Assembly (NCBI RefSeq): GCF_964204645.1
Contig: NC_134035.1
Coordinates: 6,448,001 to 6,512,000, forward strand
Direction: 5' to 3'
Length of the DNA stretch: 64,000 nt
Origin: Tubulanus polymorphus
Taxonomy: Eukaryota > Animalia > Nemertea
The notes beneath the pieces were generated by a model. That model did no database searches. It was not told where the DNA came from and saw only the letters and a program-made list of their open reading frames with translations. This document shows positions 1 to 14,100 of the stretch, in pieces. Numbering within the stretch: the first letter of the stretch is position 1; each line of letters begins with the position of its first letter. A program made the position numbers and the translations under genes.

Positions 1-1734
1 CACTTTCTACATAAACTCTCGAAGGGGAAATACGTTAGTCACGCAATTAACCGCGCACTTTAAACTGTGAAATACACGCCGGATACAGGCAATTATCAGT
101 ATTATTTGTAAATTAGCTGTGTAGAGTACACACTATTCTCAACGGAATTTTAGGGTAGTTTATATCTTACAAGTTCGGTGGACGCTTGTGACGTTGCTGT
201 TTTTTTTCTGCGACGAGGGACACTGCGGCAACAAATTCATCATCACTTGTATCATTAACCCTTTGAGGTGAGCAGGTTTGGAGCACCATGAAGGTTGCAT
301 CCAGATAATCTTTTTTAATTTGACCATCGATACATACCATGGAACAAAGTTGCTATATTTTTATCGACTTCTCGGCAACCAGCCCCAGCCCCTGCTGCAC
401 GGACGGGGTCCATCGCTACTGCGTCGAGGCGCTCCAGGGAAGGGGTCACCGCCACTGCTTCCAGTGACGGGTCGGAATAAATTTTGTGTTGTTACTCCCC
501 TTTGTCTCTGTCGCTATGGTTTCAATTATGGCCGACGATGTATAAGAATAATTAATGACATTGCACGCTTGTAAAACGATACCTCCGTACTGCGCCGCGA
601 CTCCCAGAAAAAATATGGAAACGCCGATCTATGCGTCTTCGACTCGGCGTTAGTGGTAAATCCCTCGGATATTGTCGGTACTCGTCGGTTGTGTTTTGTA
701 TCGATATTTCCCACAAACGTCAACTACAGCAGACGACAAAAAATTCCCCGGGTTTCCTCGTTATGCATTATTAATAGTGCTTCGTCGACTCATTGTGAAG
801 CTTTCAGTTCGAAAAAATCGGTCTTCTGGCAAAATTACGAATCGACAGGACACTGAAGCGTTGGTGTAGCGTGGCTTTTGTCAAATCGTGCAGATTGCGT
901 TTTCATCACGTGAAGATGACGTGTCACATTGACGACGGTAAAGGACATAACACGTGATCAACATGACAGATATCCAGATTTCATAATTTCACCCCTTGCA
1001 CTTAAGAAAAAAAAGCTATGACGTCGCGTACACGGCCCTTTAAAACCAATGAGAATTCGTTATATTAAGTTTTCTCCTTAGAAAACATTTTCATCCAAAG
1101 GTGTGGCTTCGTAATTTTAAAAGCCTCTCGCCTTTCACGAAAACGTGCTGCTACCAGCATCGATTTAAGTTGAAATTCCGTCTGATTCGTATACATGCGT
1201 ATAATGTATTTTGAATGTATATATTGCACAAAGCGATATATTGAACAAGTTTACGAGACATAAATTGAAATCTAGCACCGTTACCAAAGGCGTTTTTTAT
1301 GAAGTTCTAAACGATATCGAATAGAAATTATCGAACATTAGTTCGGTGCGGATACGTATATATACACGGCTACATACACGTGCATGAAACCGAGGCCTTA
1401 AGTTATATCACCATCAAAGCCACATGTTCTGTACCTGAAGAGAAAAATGAACTTGTATCAGTCAGATGCCATCCGATCCGACTATGGACACACCGGCTTA
1501 GTACTAACTAACGAGAAGGAATACAAATATTACAGTCGATATTAAACAGCCCATATTACCGCCCGCATTTATCTGCGAATTTTGACTTGAATTGTGGAAA
1601 TTGTCTTCAGTAATCGATTTCTACCTTACTTATTATTAGGCCATGAGGCCAGTTGCACAGCCAAGGTTTAGCACGTAAAAATTGGACTAGTTCTATTGTC
1701 ATACAAATCGTGGCCATATATAAGATATTCTAAT

Positions 1735-2836
1735 CAGTCCATAACATATGACTGATTTCCGAGAAGCGCAACCTGGGTAAAAACATGCTGGATATGTGGA
1801 TCCAGCTACATACAAGGGCTACCACGTAAAAAGTATTGATGTACCGAAATGGCTTAACCGACGATAAAGTTCTTTCATAGTCCCCTGGTGGCAGTTGCAC
1901 GAACTAGTCTGTCGCACATGCTCTCCGTGCGACCTATAGATCAATAATTTCGTTATTACTTGGTTGATCTACCTTTATGCATCAAATTGTTCAGTTAGGA
2001 ATTTGCATTCAGAAATATACAACGATTTTTAACAAAGTTGTTTTTTCCATTTATCAGTGACAGTTTACACTTTGCACATATGTTTGAACTATAACAACTT
2101 TGAAAATGAACGTATACTCAATGAACATTAATTTACTTCAATCACCAAGAGGGAATGATAGGTAACAAAATTATTGCATTGTCGGAATTTGAATGGAACA
2201 TGATGTTGCATCATCTGCATCGACGTCTTTGGAGCGATTTAGGCAATGTTGAGTTCATCTACCAAACGGAAGATGGTACACATTGGCGGCGATAGATGAA
2301 ACCGAAACGGGAAATGACGGATCAGGACTTATATCAGTCCAATAACGTGATTTGCGAAAACAAAATGGCGGCTTTTTTAATCACTGATATATGAATCGCG
2401 AGAATTGACGTGTCCGGAATAATTTGAGTCCGAATCCGTCATTTACGGTTGAATTGACGCTCAAAGTCGTCCGGTAATTGTAGGCTTTTCGGGGTGCACT
2501 TCTATCAATGGATGACAATTCTTTGCCACATTATTGTCGCTGTTTAGATACGAAAATTACGCGGGATTAATTCATAGTGAATTACTATCCACAAATTCGA
2601 AATGGTGGACGCTGAGTTATTTTTCTTGCAGAAATGAAAATTACGTTTATAAGCTGTTAGTGGTCGAATCTGAGAGGAGTTAGTGGTTTTATGAACATTT
2701 TTTGGCTGGAAAGTGGAAAAGATATAATAATAATGATAATAATAATCAATTACAAAAGGGTTTCTGCAAGAGCAGCAGAAACCCTAATAATCAACAGAAT
2801 TACAACAGGTTTCTGCGAGAGCAGCAGAAACCCTAA
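1735..2836 (-). mobile_element. Helentron/HINE-like non-autonomous element remnant
   Basis: Duplicated GGGTTTCTGC..GCAGAAACCC hairpin plus (AAT)n at 2725-2836; 1740-1800 is an inverted copy of 10250-10312; left boundary approximate. Confidence 0.5.
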
Positions 2837-2933
2837 ATAGATTTTCAAGTTAATCACTTTATCATTTTTCTATCATTGACAACTGATTTTTTTAAGAGTT
2901 AATTAAGTATTATTACACTAGAGCCTATGAGGT

Positions 2934-3035
2934 TCCCCTCGACTACTCCTGTGAAACGGGAATCGTCTGAGATGCCCCTCTCGATCACTCCTGTGAAACT
3001 ATACTGGGATCGTCTGAAATATCCCCTCGATCATT
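2934..3035. repeat. Short tandem repeat, about 3 units of 35-45 bp
   Basis: CCCCTCGA..CTCCTGTGAAAC..GATCGTCTGA repeated. Confidence 0.55.
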
Positions 3036-3939
3036 CAGATGTCAACTTGTTTATACGTCACGACAAGTTATTTCTGTGTTGAAATAGATCGGCAAACATG
3101 AGAATATAATTTTTCTGTTCAATGGTCAATCGTTAACAAACAACAAAGACGGCTCCGTTTTTAATTTTGTTGGTTAAAGAATGTCGCATTTCGACTGATT
3201 TTGCTGACGTTGCCATCCGAATCGAATATGAAGCCTGCCTATATAATATGAAAATATTTCGTATAATTTGTACGAAAGTGCGAACCGCGACTCCACCGCT
3301 GCCATCTGTGGGTAAAGGGAGACATTTGATCCCATATACCGTTTGACGCCACGGCATTGTGCAACAACAAAATCCGAACCAGTTTTGTAGAAAAATCTAT
3401 ACATGAATGGAAGATGTCGAGCTCAGAGAAGGAAGGGTACTCGATAAATTACCGCTGCGTAGTTCAAATCGAAAAAAGGGAGTTTATACAATTCGTTTTA
3501 CCATAGGCGCGTAAAAGTGAAAAGTCGTTTGTGCAGTGACGCCGTTACCGTACAGCAGCATAGCTCAGTAACCGCCATTGGCTCCTCACGCAACCGACTT
3601 TCTCCTCTTCGTCGACGATGGAATTGCAATTAAAATCTCTACAATGATTGGCCTAATCAATAATTAATACATCAAACACCGGGACAATTAAGCAGTTGAA
3701 GCACCTTCCATGTCAGTGCCCGGAATCATCAACGATTACTTTTTTAATTCTTTGAGGTGTTCATCATGTACCGTGTGTAGCTTAACTCATCTTGAGGTAA
3801 AAAATATCGTTGATAATACACTTTTTCATGCTTTTATGCGAAGAACAAATACTATACGTCATCGTATACAATTACTCTAATACGTTTGGTTTTTTCGCAT
3901 TATAGGTGAATACCCATCCACCATCCCTGTCAGTCTTTC

Positions 3940-4021
3940 CTGTCTTCTCTCCCTCCTCCCCCTTCCTCCCTCCCTCTCCATCTCTCTCCCTCTCCATTTC
4001 TCGCTCTCTTCCTCCCTCCCT
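3940..4021. repeat. Polypyrimidine CT-rich tract
   Basis: Visible directly. Confidence 0.7.
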
Positions 4022-5038
4022 AGCTCCTCAATATATCGTGCCCTTTAATCGTAGGCGCAACTTATTGAAGTGTCGCAGGGAATTGATACCAGTTTCGTAT
4101 GATACAAAGTCTTTCATTTTCGTGAGCGCTTCGAAGCTGAGCTTAGTCTTTGTGTGCGGCGTCACCCGGGTAATTGATACTTTCTGACAGCGAAGGTAGT
4201 AGCTTCATATACTAAAAGTCACGTACGTTTAAACATCGTCGAATAGAGATAAACACAATGTATTTTACCGGTTTCGAAGCAGTAATCAGTGAGGTGTCGC
4301 GCACTCGCTATACTGTCAAGTAACGTCCCGGTGAGGGTTAGAGATGGTATTAATCTATATCTGGCCGCGTCCTGTTCTCTGTTACTGAACTGATAATTTC
4401 TGGTTAGTGATCGTAAATAAACGACGCAGATTAGTGAGAATTGAATGCGGTATGAGTGTTCAACTTGTCGGAAATAAAGGCCCACCAGGTGGCGTTAGTG
4501 CGCACGTGGACATCGACATCGAGATTTATTTTCAGATTCATTTGAAGTCTCTATGAATCTTCACAAATTCAATTTTCTATAAAGTCTTTAAATCTAGATA
4601 AGTGTAATTTGAAGATAAAGATGAAAATAAAATGATCAAGCTGTCCTACAAGCACACCATCTGTTGGCTTGCTCTTCTCGTTTTTCCAATTTGCTTGCCC
4701 TTGTGGTAGAGAGAATCATTGGAGCTAAGTTTCAATCGTCTCGGTGATTTCACGATGAGAATATAATGAGGCTGCAATATCACCGTCGTTTCCACTGGGT
4801 TGCGTCTCGCTCGTCGCAAAAAATGTACGGGTTTTTTTATTGAAATTACATGGATGGTCGTTTACGCAAGGAATGTCAACGCGGCTTCGACTGGATTATC
4901 CAGCAATCATAGACAAATTACCAACAGTTACAAATGTTTGGCGTACATAGAATTAATTATTTAAGAACGGACGGTATTAATTATCTCCCGATATCCAGTA
5001 AAACTGTAACCGTTTTTCGTCTATCATATATTTTATAG

Positions 5039-5176
5039 TGTTTTGGTTGATGGTCTTCGCGACGCCGGGGAAAATGTTACGGCCCAACAACTGTCTACAA
5101 GCCAATCAGACGTGCCATCGAGATGTCCAGTGTACACGACTACTGAGACTGATGCCAAATATCTGTGGAAGTTCAG
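5039..5176 (+). CDS. Gfrl exon, first half of GFRa domain 1
   Basis: ttttatag|TG..TCAG|gtacat; NCLQANQTCHRDVQCTRLLRLMPNICGSS. Confidence 0.8.
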
Positions 5177-8100
5177 GTACATATCAACTGCCAGATGTCC
5201 CTATTCGTTCAAGTTCTTGGGTGCCACGTAGCTGCGGCCACTCTTAGTTGACTACACTGTAGTTGCTAACATTGTAATTCTTAGAACGATAACCACACTC
5301 CACCTGACGATGATCTCAAGGGTGAGATCGAAACGTCGTGTATTTTATATATTTAAGATTGTTCGAATAAATAAATTTCTTATTTTTAAATTCTTCCAAT
5401 CTGTAGATAGTGGGTATTTATCTTATCATTGTAATTCTTGTACGCAGATTATAATTATTTGATACGTAGAAAATAAATCTAAATAGATACACATTTTTAA
5501 AATGACCATTCATCGCTAATTTTACCGTCTAATTCTATTTGTATTAATTGCAGCTAAATTACGATGCAGCGCTCGTCAGATTGACCACTGCCGGTCCGTA
5601 CTGCGAGAACTACTGGAAACTGATTACCTGAAAAACTGCGACTGTCCGCACAATCTAGAAAGATTTTCAGACTGTGAAATGTTTCAAGAGCACATATTTC
5701 ATCATCCGTGTGGCGAGATATACCAGGAATGTAAGTAATGGGATGTAACTCACCCAGGCCGGAATTTACCAACCGTACTGGTGTCAGGGCCCAGTTGTAC
5801 AGTTCTCGGTTAACATCTTTTGGTTCTAGGATTGAAACGTCGGTTACGAACGAATTTCAACCGTCGAGTTAAACCTTACCAACACGTGTGGAACTGGACT
5901 CTTGTCTTATAATGGTTCTTGATGTTAAGATAATTAATGGAAATATTCAATTATGCAGCGTGGACTGTCTCGTTGGCGGTCGTTATCGCTAAAAACCCAG
6001 TTCCAATTTGTCTCCGTGCCATTTTATTATCAGTATCATTTAAACAGGATCGAAAGCTCGAATAACCAGCAATTCTAACGGTTAACTGATGTTGAACACA
6101 AACACAATTTAGCTACAACTACAAAAAAAAATTCCAAATCTGCAACATGTTTCAATTGTCTATTGTTGACACACCCGTCGACAAACATCAAAGCGACTGC
6201 GTACGTAAAACGTAATGTATATTCATAGAATGTGTTAGCATATATCCTAATTCGCACCAGGCGTCAGCAGCGGCAACAACGATGAAAGTCAATTTTAATA
6301 CCAGAACATTCGACTGTCAAAAATTGCCATAGGGGTCGACCTGTTCTAAACAGTTTGCTAGAAGAAAAAAATCCGCGCGTGGTGTGTGGTGACAATGAAT
6401 TGAAAATGTGGCACAACATTGATTTCATTGCTTGGATTGTATATGAAAACAAGAAATGAAAGTGACGCTATGAAGTTAATCTATATCGAGTAATGATAAT
6501 TCATTATCGTATAAACATTGATAAATAACGTTCGAAATCAATTAGTCCCAATATTCAACTCGATTCAAGTGTCAATAAATTCGTCTTCTAACAGTATGCT
6601 ATTACATCACTGGAAATATTACTTCGAAGATTGTTTTCACGAACTTCGGAAGAAAATAGGACAATCACGATTCAAAGGGTTTCAATGTTTTTATAATTTT
6701 TTTTTCACAAATAATATCCTGTGTCTTCAGTAGAAATCCGATGAATCTGTTTTGCTTCTATATGTTCTCTATAAAATCTTTCCCATAAACGCCATTTGAT
6801 TTGAACAGAGACAAAGAGGTGAAAAACTCGATCATGCATTATATTTGAATGGAAACAAGTTTGAAATAAGAGATTTCATATCGAAATGCTTACATACTCA
6901 AACGGAATGTAGAATAACTATAACTGCCAACTATTTGTGATCCACCCAAAATTTGTTGATCGACTCGAAAATCTCCTACGTACGAAACTTACATTCGAAT
7001 TGAACGTCTGCTGTAAAACGAAACGTTATGAAACCGGTAAATTTTGCGTTGTGTGCAGACATAATGGATTCAGTTGATTTCGAACCGAAAAACCATACAA
7101 TCGAAACAGATCATATATTAGTCAGTTTGATCATCTAAATTGATTACAGTGAATACTTTACACTATTATGATTTGAGGGTTCCCTAATCCTTAATTCCAT
7201 CCCTTCGGAGAAAACTAATATATAGTTAAAAACCGTTTTTTCTGACGACATAGATGATATTATGTAACTATCTCGATTGAACTCGATTAACATCTGCTCG
7301 ATGTTCAGGATATTCACATTGATACAAACACTGTCCATGTGATGACTCGGAAACTCTTAATCTCACCTGAACAAAATGGTTCCCCCTGACAACTATAGTA
7401 TTGTCTGGATTTCCATTACGTAGAAATGAAAATACTTCGATTCATTGCGATTATCAGGGTTTCTCCTGCTTTCGCAGAAACCCTCTCGTAATTCTGTTGA
7501 TTATTATTATCATTATTATAATAAATTTTCCACTTTCCAGCCTAAATTTTTTCATAAAATGTAACTCCTCTCAGATTCGACCACTAACAGCTTACAAACG
7601 TAATTTTCATTTCTGTCAGAAATATAACTCAGTGCCTGACCATTTCGAATTTGCGTATAGTAATTTATTATGAATTAATCCCGTGTAATTACCGGGTCTA
7701 AACAGCGACAAGAATAACGCAAAGCATTGTCATCCATTGATAAAAGTACATCCCGAAAAGCCTACAAATTACCGTACGATCTCGAGCGTCTAAATCGCGA
7801 ATTCAGACTTACAATTAGTCCGGATCCGTCATTTACTGCGGACAATATGCAGCCAACATGGCGGACGGTTGAAATCATTTTCAGCTTAAATTTATCGCAA
7901 ATTTATGGCGAGTTTTATGACTGTAATGACCTATGATCCCTAAAATGAGTCAATTGATTAATTCTATTTGTAAATCAATTTACGTTGGCTACATTTCCTG
8001 AAGATTTCTGGCTCAAATCAACGTAATATGGACAGGAATGGTACGGATTTTCGTATGGAATTTTACTTCCGCGTTCACTTGATGACTCGGATCGATGACA

Positions 8101-11100
8101 ACGACAGCAGAGTTACGCAATTTAAGGTGAGAATCCACTAACCAGGGAATGTGAGACATGATTTTTTTGTCTAACTGCAGTATTAAGGTTACCTTGCCAC
8201 TGGGTGGTGCTATGATATGAATACATATGATAGCAAATGAGTACTCGGCAAAGCAATGATCATTGTTGGCTACCTACTTGCCTAATGCCTAGCTTTTTGG
8301 GGGATACGCCTAGAATAGATTTAGGCCCTTAATGTAGTGTGTAGAGCCATTGGAAAGCCTTAGTAGTTAGTAAGGGACTGGTTTACACTTGGACTATTTA
8401 TTTCGATTACTTTCTTTCCAGCTATTAATCGTGGAATGAACTGGTCACTACGGTCTTCAATTCCTTTGCCGATTCTTGCAGCTGGTGGGAATATATTTAA
8501 ACCACAGTTTGCAAGTGTACGTTTCAAATTAAGCGTCTCAGATGCTGTAAGTACTTGACGTTTTGTGTAATTATTTTTTTCTAATGTCATATGTTTAAAA
8601 TATTTGGATCAGTAATCAGTCGTGCTAGTGTACATGCAGAATTGGATTCATTGTTATTACGGGATGATAATTCACGGGCATCAAGAGTCCTACGATATAC
8701 CCTTGATTAGTCTAGTACCTAGCCGTTGTTCCTGAAACAACGTCTAGGGCGAAAGTGCTCACATAAGGTTAATTTTCGTCCCTCATTTTGAAGGACGAGG
8801 CTTTGAGCGTCTATTTCACCCCTTAAAACACTATCAACTTGCCTCAAACTGACTGTTCTGTAATCAGATGGAAGTTAACTATTGTTTGGCATAAATTTGT
8901 AATCCTAAGTAGCTTTTGCCGATCGTAGTAGCTCAAAACTTTTGACTAGTTGCCTCAAAAAAAAGTTGAAGTGAAGCAACATAACAAATATGGCGGCTTT
9001 TCGTGGTGCATGATAAGAGTGTAAATTACGGATTCGAACTTAAACTTGGTGCCAATGCAGATATTATTCTTGTTTCAAATTATTAAGGTTAAAATTGACC
9101 AACATCTATGCGTTTTATCAACAAAAAATAACATTTAGAGTAATTTTAGAGAGACATATTGAATTTTCACATTTTATTAATTTAGTCCGTTTTGGAAATC
9201 CCGATAGTGGCAATCAATTCAATTCAAATCAAAGCAATAAATTCTCCGGTTCGCAAATAAATCATCAAAAAATTTATTATAAAACACGTTTTCAAAGTCA
9301 ACATGGTAACTAATTGATTTATTTTAGTACAAAGGTTTGATTTGACACTAAAATCAGTTGTTGCATTGCAAACAAAAGGAGTTAACCTCTATATGATACT
9401 TAAGCGTCAGACGTTGTAGGGAACCGTAACAACGACTGGTATTCAGACTAACCCTTGATATGAAGCTTTTAAAAGTTTATCAGAGACTTGTTTTAGAGTA
9501 GACCGATTGGTGTCTATGCTCTGCGAGACAGTAGTAATAGATGTTTCACGACAAACGCACGATTTAAATATTTATTATACTTTCTATCACTCCTCTATTA
9601 TATTACATAACTAATAATTCTTACATTAGATTGCTTAATTACAGGTGGAAAGAGGTCAGATGGCATGACAATCTACTGTGGCTGACTAATTGACGCGGGC
9701 AGATAAAGCGTTGAGGTTTCAAAAGATGTCGCCAAAATACTTGTATCATCAGGGGTAGACAAATTATCCGAAGATAAATGAAAAATCAACCTTGTTGATC
9801 GTCAGTGGATTAAGCTGTAATTATTTCGTCTGGATCAATCGACACATAATTCATTTCAAAATCTGTGTTTAGTAGAGTTTCTTTCAATAAAATAAGAATC
9901 TATTTGACTATTTGTTTACTAATGTATTCAGGAGTGAATTTTAATTGATCTCAAAACCAGAGAAAGCATTCTTCAAAAATATAGAAAATCCTAGACTCAT
10001 AATCAAATTCTGTGAAGTCATTTAAGGTCTTGTGCTTGAATCAAGCCAAGGGCTCAGGTGGCTAAAATTCAATTCATCAGTGTCCTATAATGCCGAGTAC
10101 GACGGAGTTTACACACTGAAAACGTTGCGCTGTGTAAGTGTAATTTGGATAAGTCAGCAATATAATGACGGCCCTGCCCCGCGCGCTCCATCTGAGACAT
10201 AAACAAGTTGGACTGTATTGCCTCGATGCTTTGACAAATGGACTCCTAATATCCACATATCCAGCATAATGTTGACCCAGGTTGCGCTTCTTGGCAATAG
10301 TCATATGTTATGGGTTGGAATTATTTCGATGAAATCATCGTACGCTTCCCAGTTCGACATATGAACCAATTAGGCAGAAACCCGTTATCGCTGCTATGCA
10401 GCTATATTTATTATTGTTATTCTTTATTTACGAATTAAATTACATTAGAAAATTACAGATGATACTATGGAAATGTAATATAAGTCGATGGATACCAGGA
10501 GAAGTTAAAAACTTGTAACCATAAAACATGACCCTGGCACCTATGGAAATCACACACGCACACGCACACACTCACGTGCATGCACACGACCTTTTACTTT
10601 GATTTGGATTTAGTTGCCAATATAATGACCATAACAACTGCGGCGACCCCAACAGTTATACTGAAATTTTACATCTAATGTACGATGCAGTGCGTTTTAA
10701 TTTATAATCTAAGACTGTGTCGTTTTCAGCGAAGGGCCAGTTTAACGTACGCGAGAAGGGTGGAGGAGGTCACAACGACGAAGATGACGATAATAGCATG
10801 GATGAAGAGAATGATGCGATACCGGGTAAACGATCCCATAACGCCGGGCCAAGTTGTGTAGCTCTACGTAAAGAATGTATGTCAGATGACGAATGTTTCC
10901 GAGATTTGAAATCGTTCACCACTTATTGTAAAGTTCGAAAAAGTCGATGTTACGCTGAAAGTAGGTAAGCTTAGATTGTATGAAATACAGCATTGTACAG
11001 TGTCTTGGACATGTGGCGAATTGTGGATATCATGAATTAAGTCTATTAAGATCAGATATCAATATGGCAAATGTGCGGTTAGGTCGGTATTCCTGTCACA

Positions 11101-14100
11101 AGAGGGGGTAGTGATTCCAAATTGATATATTTTGACTAAGCGAGAATTTAGCCATACCGGATTCACGGATAACTGTGTTCCTTGAAATCATACATTGACA
11201 CAATGGACTAGTCTCACCATCATGCATGAAATAGATATGCTGAAAATGTTTTCTCCAGTCGAGTAGGAATATCATGCTAGCCCGGTGGTTTATCACAAAT
11301 TCAGCTCATCGCTTGCCAGGTGTTCTATGGCCACCTAGCATCTGAGGACCAGGAACAAAAAAACTCGAAATGTAACCATCTCCTACACCCAAAATATACG
11401 ACGGATAAGCGGTTTATTAGTAAAAGCATTTAAGTCATTAAGGATTATCCAATTAGAATATATTAGGCTTGATGTAAATTTAAGTCCCTCGAAAAATACC
11501 TACTCTAATATTTTTATATATGAATATTTTATATATGAAAATCATATAACTGAAAAACGTATAAATGAAAATCATATAAATGAATGATATATAAATGATA
11601 TCAATTTTGATAAAAAACATGTATAATAAATGGAGAGTAAACAAATACACAGTGAATTCTTAAATAGAATTAAAGATACTACAGATGTCAAATCTGTAGA
11701 TTTTAAATTCAAAAAGTTAACAGAATTAACATTACATAAGAAACATTTAATTACAAATATTGAAACAATTACCAATAGATATGGTAATAAATTAGTTATT
11801 CACTTAGAATATGAAGCATTAAAAGGAAATAAATATAATTTTAGAACATATTTACCAGATAGATTTCATAGATTATCTAGTGAAGATATTGAAGAATTAT
11901 ATTCAGGTGATTTCTATTTCATATATAAGGGTAAGAATGAAAAAGGGCACCATGATATAGATTTCGAATAGTATAAAAATCAATTTTAAACATAAAAAGT
12001 GTGAGTAAAGTGTGAGTGAAATAATTCATATTTAAAACGTTGAATATTTATATGCGTTAGATTCTTGATTTTTTAAACATAAAAAGTGTGAGTAAAGTGT
12101 GATTAAAATAATTAATATTTCAAACATATTTTTATATTCATATTTGTATGAGTTAGATTTTTTAACATAAAAAGTGTAAACAGTTTAAAAGTGTAAAAGT
12201 TTAAAAAAGTGTAAAAGTTTAAAACATTGAATATTTATATTTTGTCTAAGTTAGATGTATTTTAATAAAAATTTTGTTATAAAATGAAGAAAGAAGAAGA
12301 ACCCAAATTCAAAATCGAAATGAAAGAAACTGATAACTTATTTTCATTATTTAACATTAAAAATTATATCTCAGCAACAAATTTAGTGTATGGAAGCGAT
12401 ATAAAATCGATAATATTACAATGATTATTCAAATATTACCAAAATAAAAAATATATAATTACTGAAGTTATAGATACTTTAGATAATGGCGTCAAAAATC
12501 CTTAAGTATTTAATACAGTTTTAAATTATAAAGGTAATTTAGATGAGAACATAATAAATATTCTTAAAACTTCTTTTAATGAAGGAAATGATGATTTAAT
12601 ACTTTCTAAAGATTACAATGATATAATAAACTTAAGAATTGAAAAACGACAATTATATTATTTTAATTTTGATAATAAACAAATTATCTATAATGAAAAT
12701 TCATCAAATATTGGTATTCAATGTGAATTAGATAATAATAAATCTTTTAAAGATATTGGAATTCAATGAAATTTAAATGATGAATTTAGAAAATTTAATC
12801 TTAATGAAAAAGTGTATTGTTATTACGGAGGTAAATATATAAGATCACATAAATCATAGCATTATCAGACTATTAAACATATCAATTATGGAGAGAATAA
12901 TGATTATATATTGAAATAAGATTAAGCTGTATGAGTATTTGGAAAATTTCAAATATATAATATTCAAAACATTGTGAAATTAGTTAATGAATAACTGTTA
13001 GACTGTTAGTTTAATTGTTATTTGATTAAATCTTTTAAAAGTTTAATATTTTAAAAATAATAATTCAACTGTAAATATTCGAAATAAGATATTTCAAATT
13101 ACCTTAATTTTTTGTTCTTAAATAAATGAATGAGCATGATTTCAGCATTCCAACTGGGAAAAGTGATTTAAAACATTATTTAATAACTGGAGGTTAAATA
13201 TTGGCTGCGCTTTACTTTTATTATGGGAATGAAAAGACTCATTATCCTCATTAACGAAAGTATTAACGATTCATATCAAAATTTGCGAAAAAGTAAACAG
13301 TTAACTTATTCCAATCTACATGTATAACAACAGTGGACAATTATTCCGTTTTGACTGTCCATTAAGCAACTGTGACTAATTGTGTTTATTCAAGCGAAAT
13401 TGTTACTAACTTCTTTGCAGTAATCCAGCAACGGAGTGTTATTGCTTATAAAACTAATGTAATTCCTTAAAACTGCGAATCATCTCACTTAGCTGATTAT
13501 GAACGTTAGTCCAAGTTCAGAAGCTGCCTTTTCCAGAAAAACACGAATCATATCCGACATAATTTGCAGTGATACACAAGTGAATCTAAATAGTTTCCCA
13601 ACTATAGTCTACTCAAACATCTGATTATCTATACTAGAATGATTATCTATATATACTAGAATATACCTAAATGAAATATACACCACGAATCAAATCAGTC
13701 ACATGTGCTCAGGTTTACAATTATCAGCGAGAATTTTTACCATTATGTAACCTTAACAATGATAACCATTCAGCGTCATTTTGCAAACGACAACCGTATA
13801 TCGATGTGCAAAACGTCGCAGGTCTATGTGTACTCATACAAGCTATTTGGCAAAATATTATTGACAAAGATGTAGAATGGCTCCCTGTGATTATTTAATG
13901 AGCTCTATTTGAACGTCGAAAGTGTGATATAAAAGCAAGACCCTGACATGGGGATGATGGTGGAATGACGCAGCTATCTACGATCTGTGTAGGGCCGGCG
14001 TGAATTTCATCGGCGGCTACAAGCGGTCAATATAAAAATGTGTAAACATATAATTTTAATATTCAAATGTTTTAGAAAATATGTTCGATATAAGGGGTTT

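Noticed and set aside
1-4500. Short ORFs, possible 5' UTR exons (donor near 268) and a weak RE1-like motif near 280
   Set aside because: No coding signature, and regulatory roles cannot be supported from sequence alone.
9710-9755. Minus-strand CTGATGA..GAAA, also CTGAGGA..GAAA at 11342
   Set aside because: No credible stem II, so not called hammerheads.
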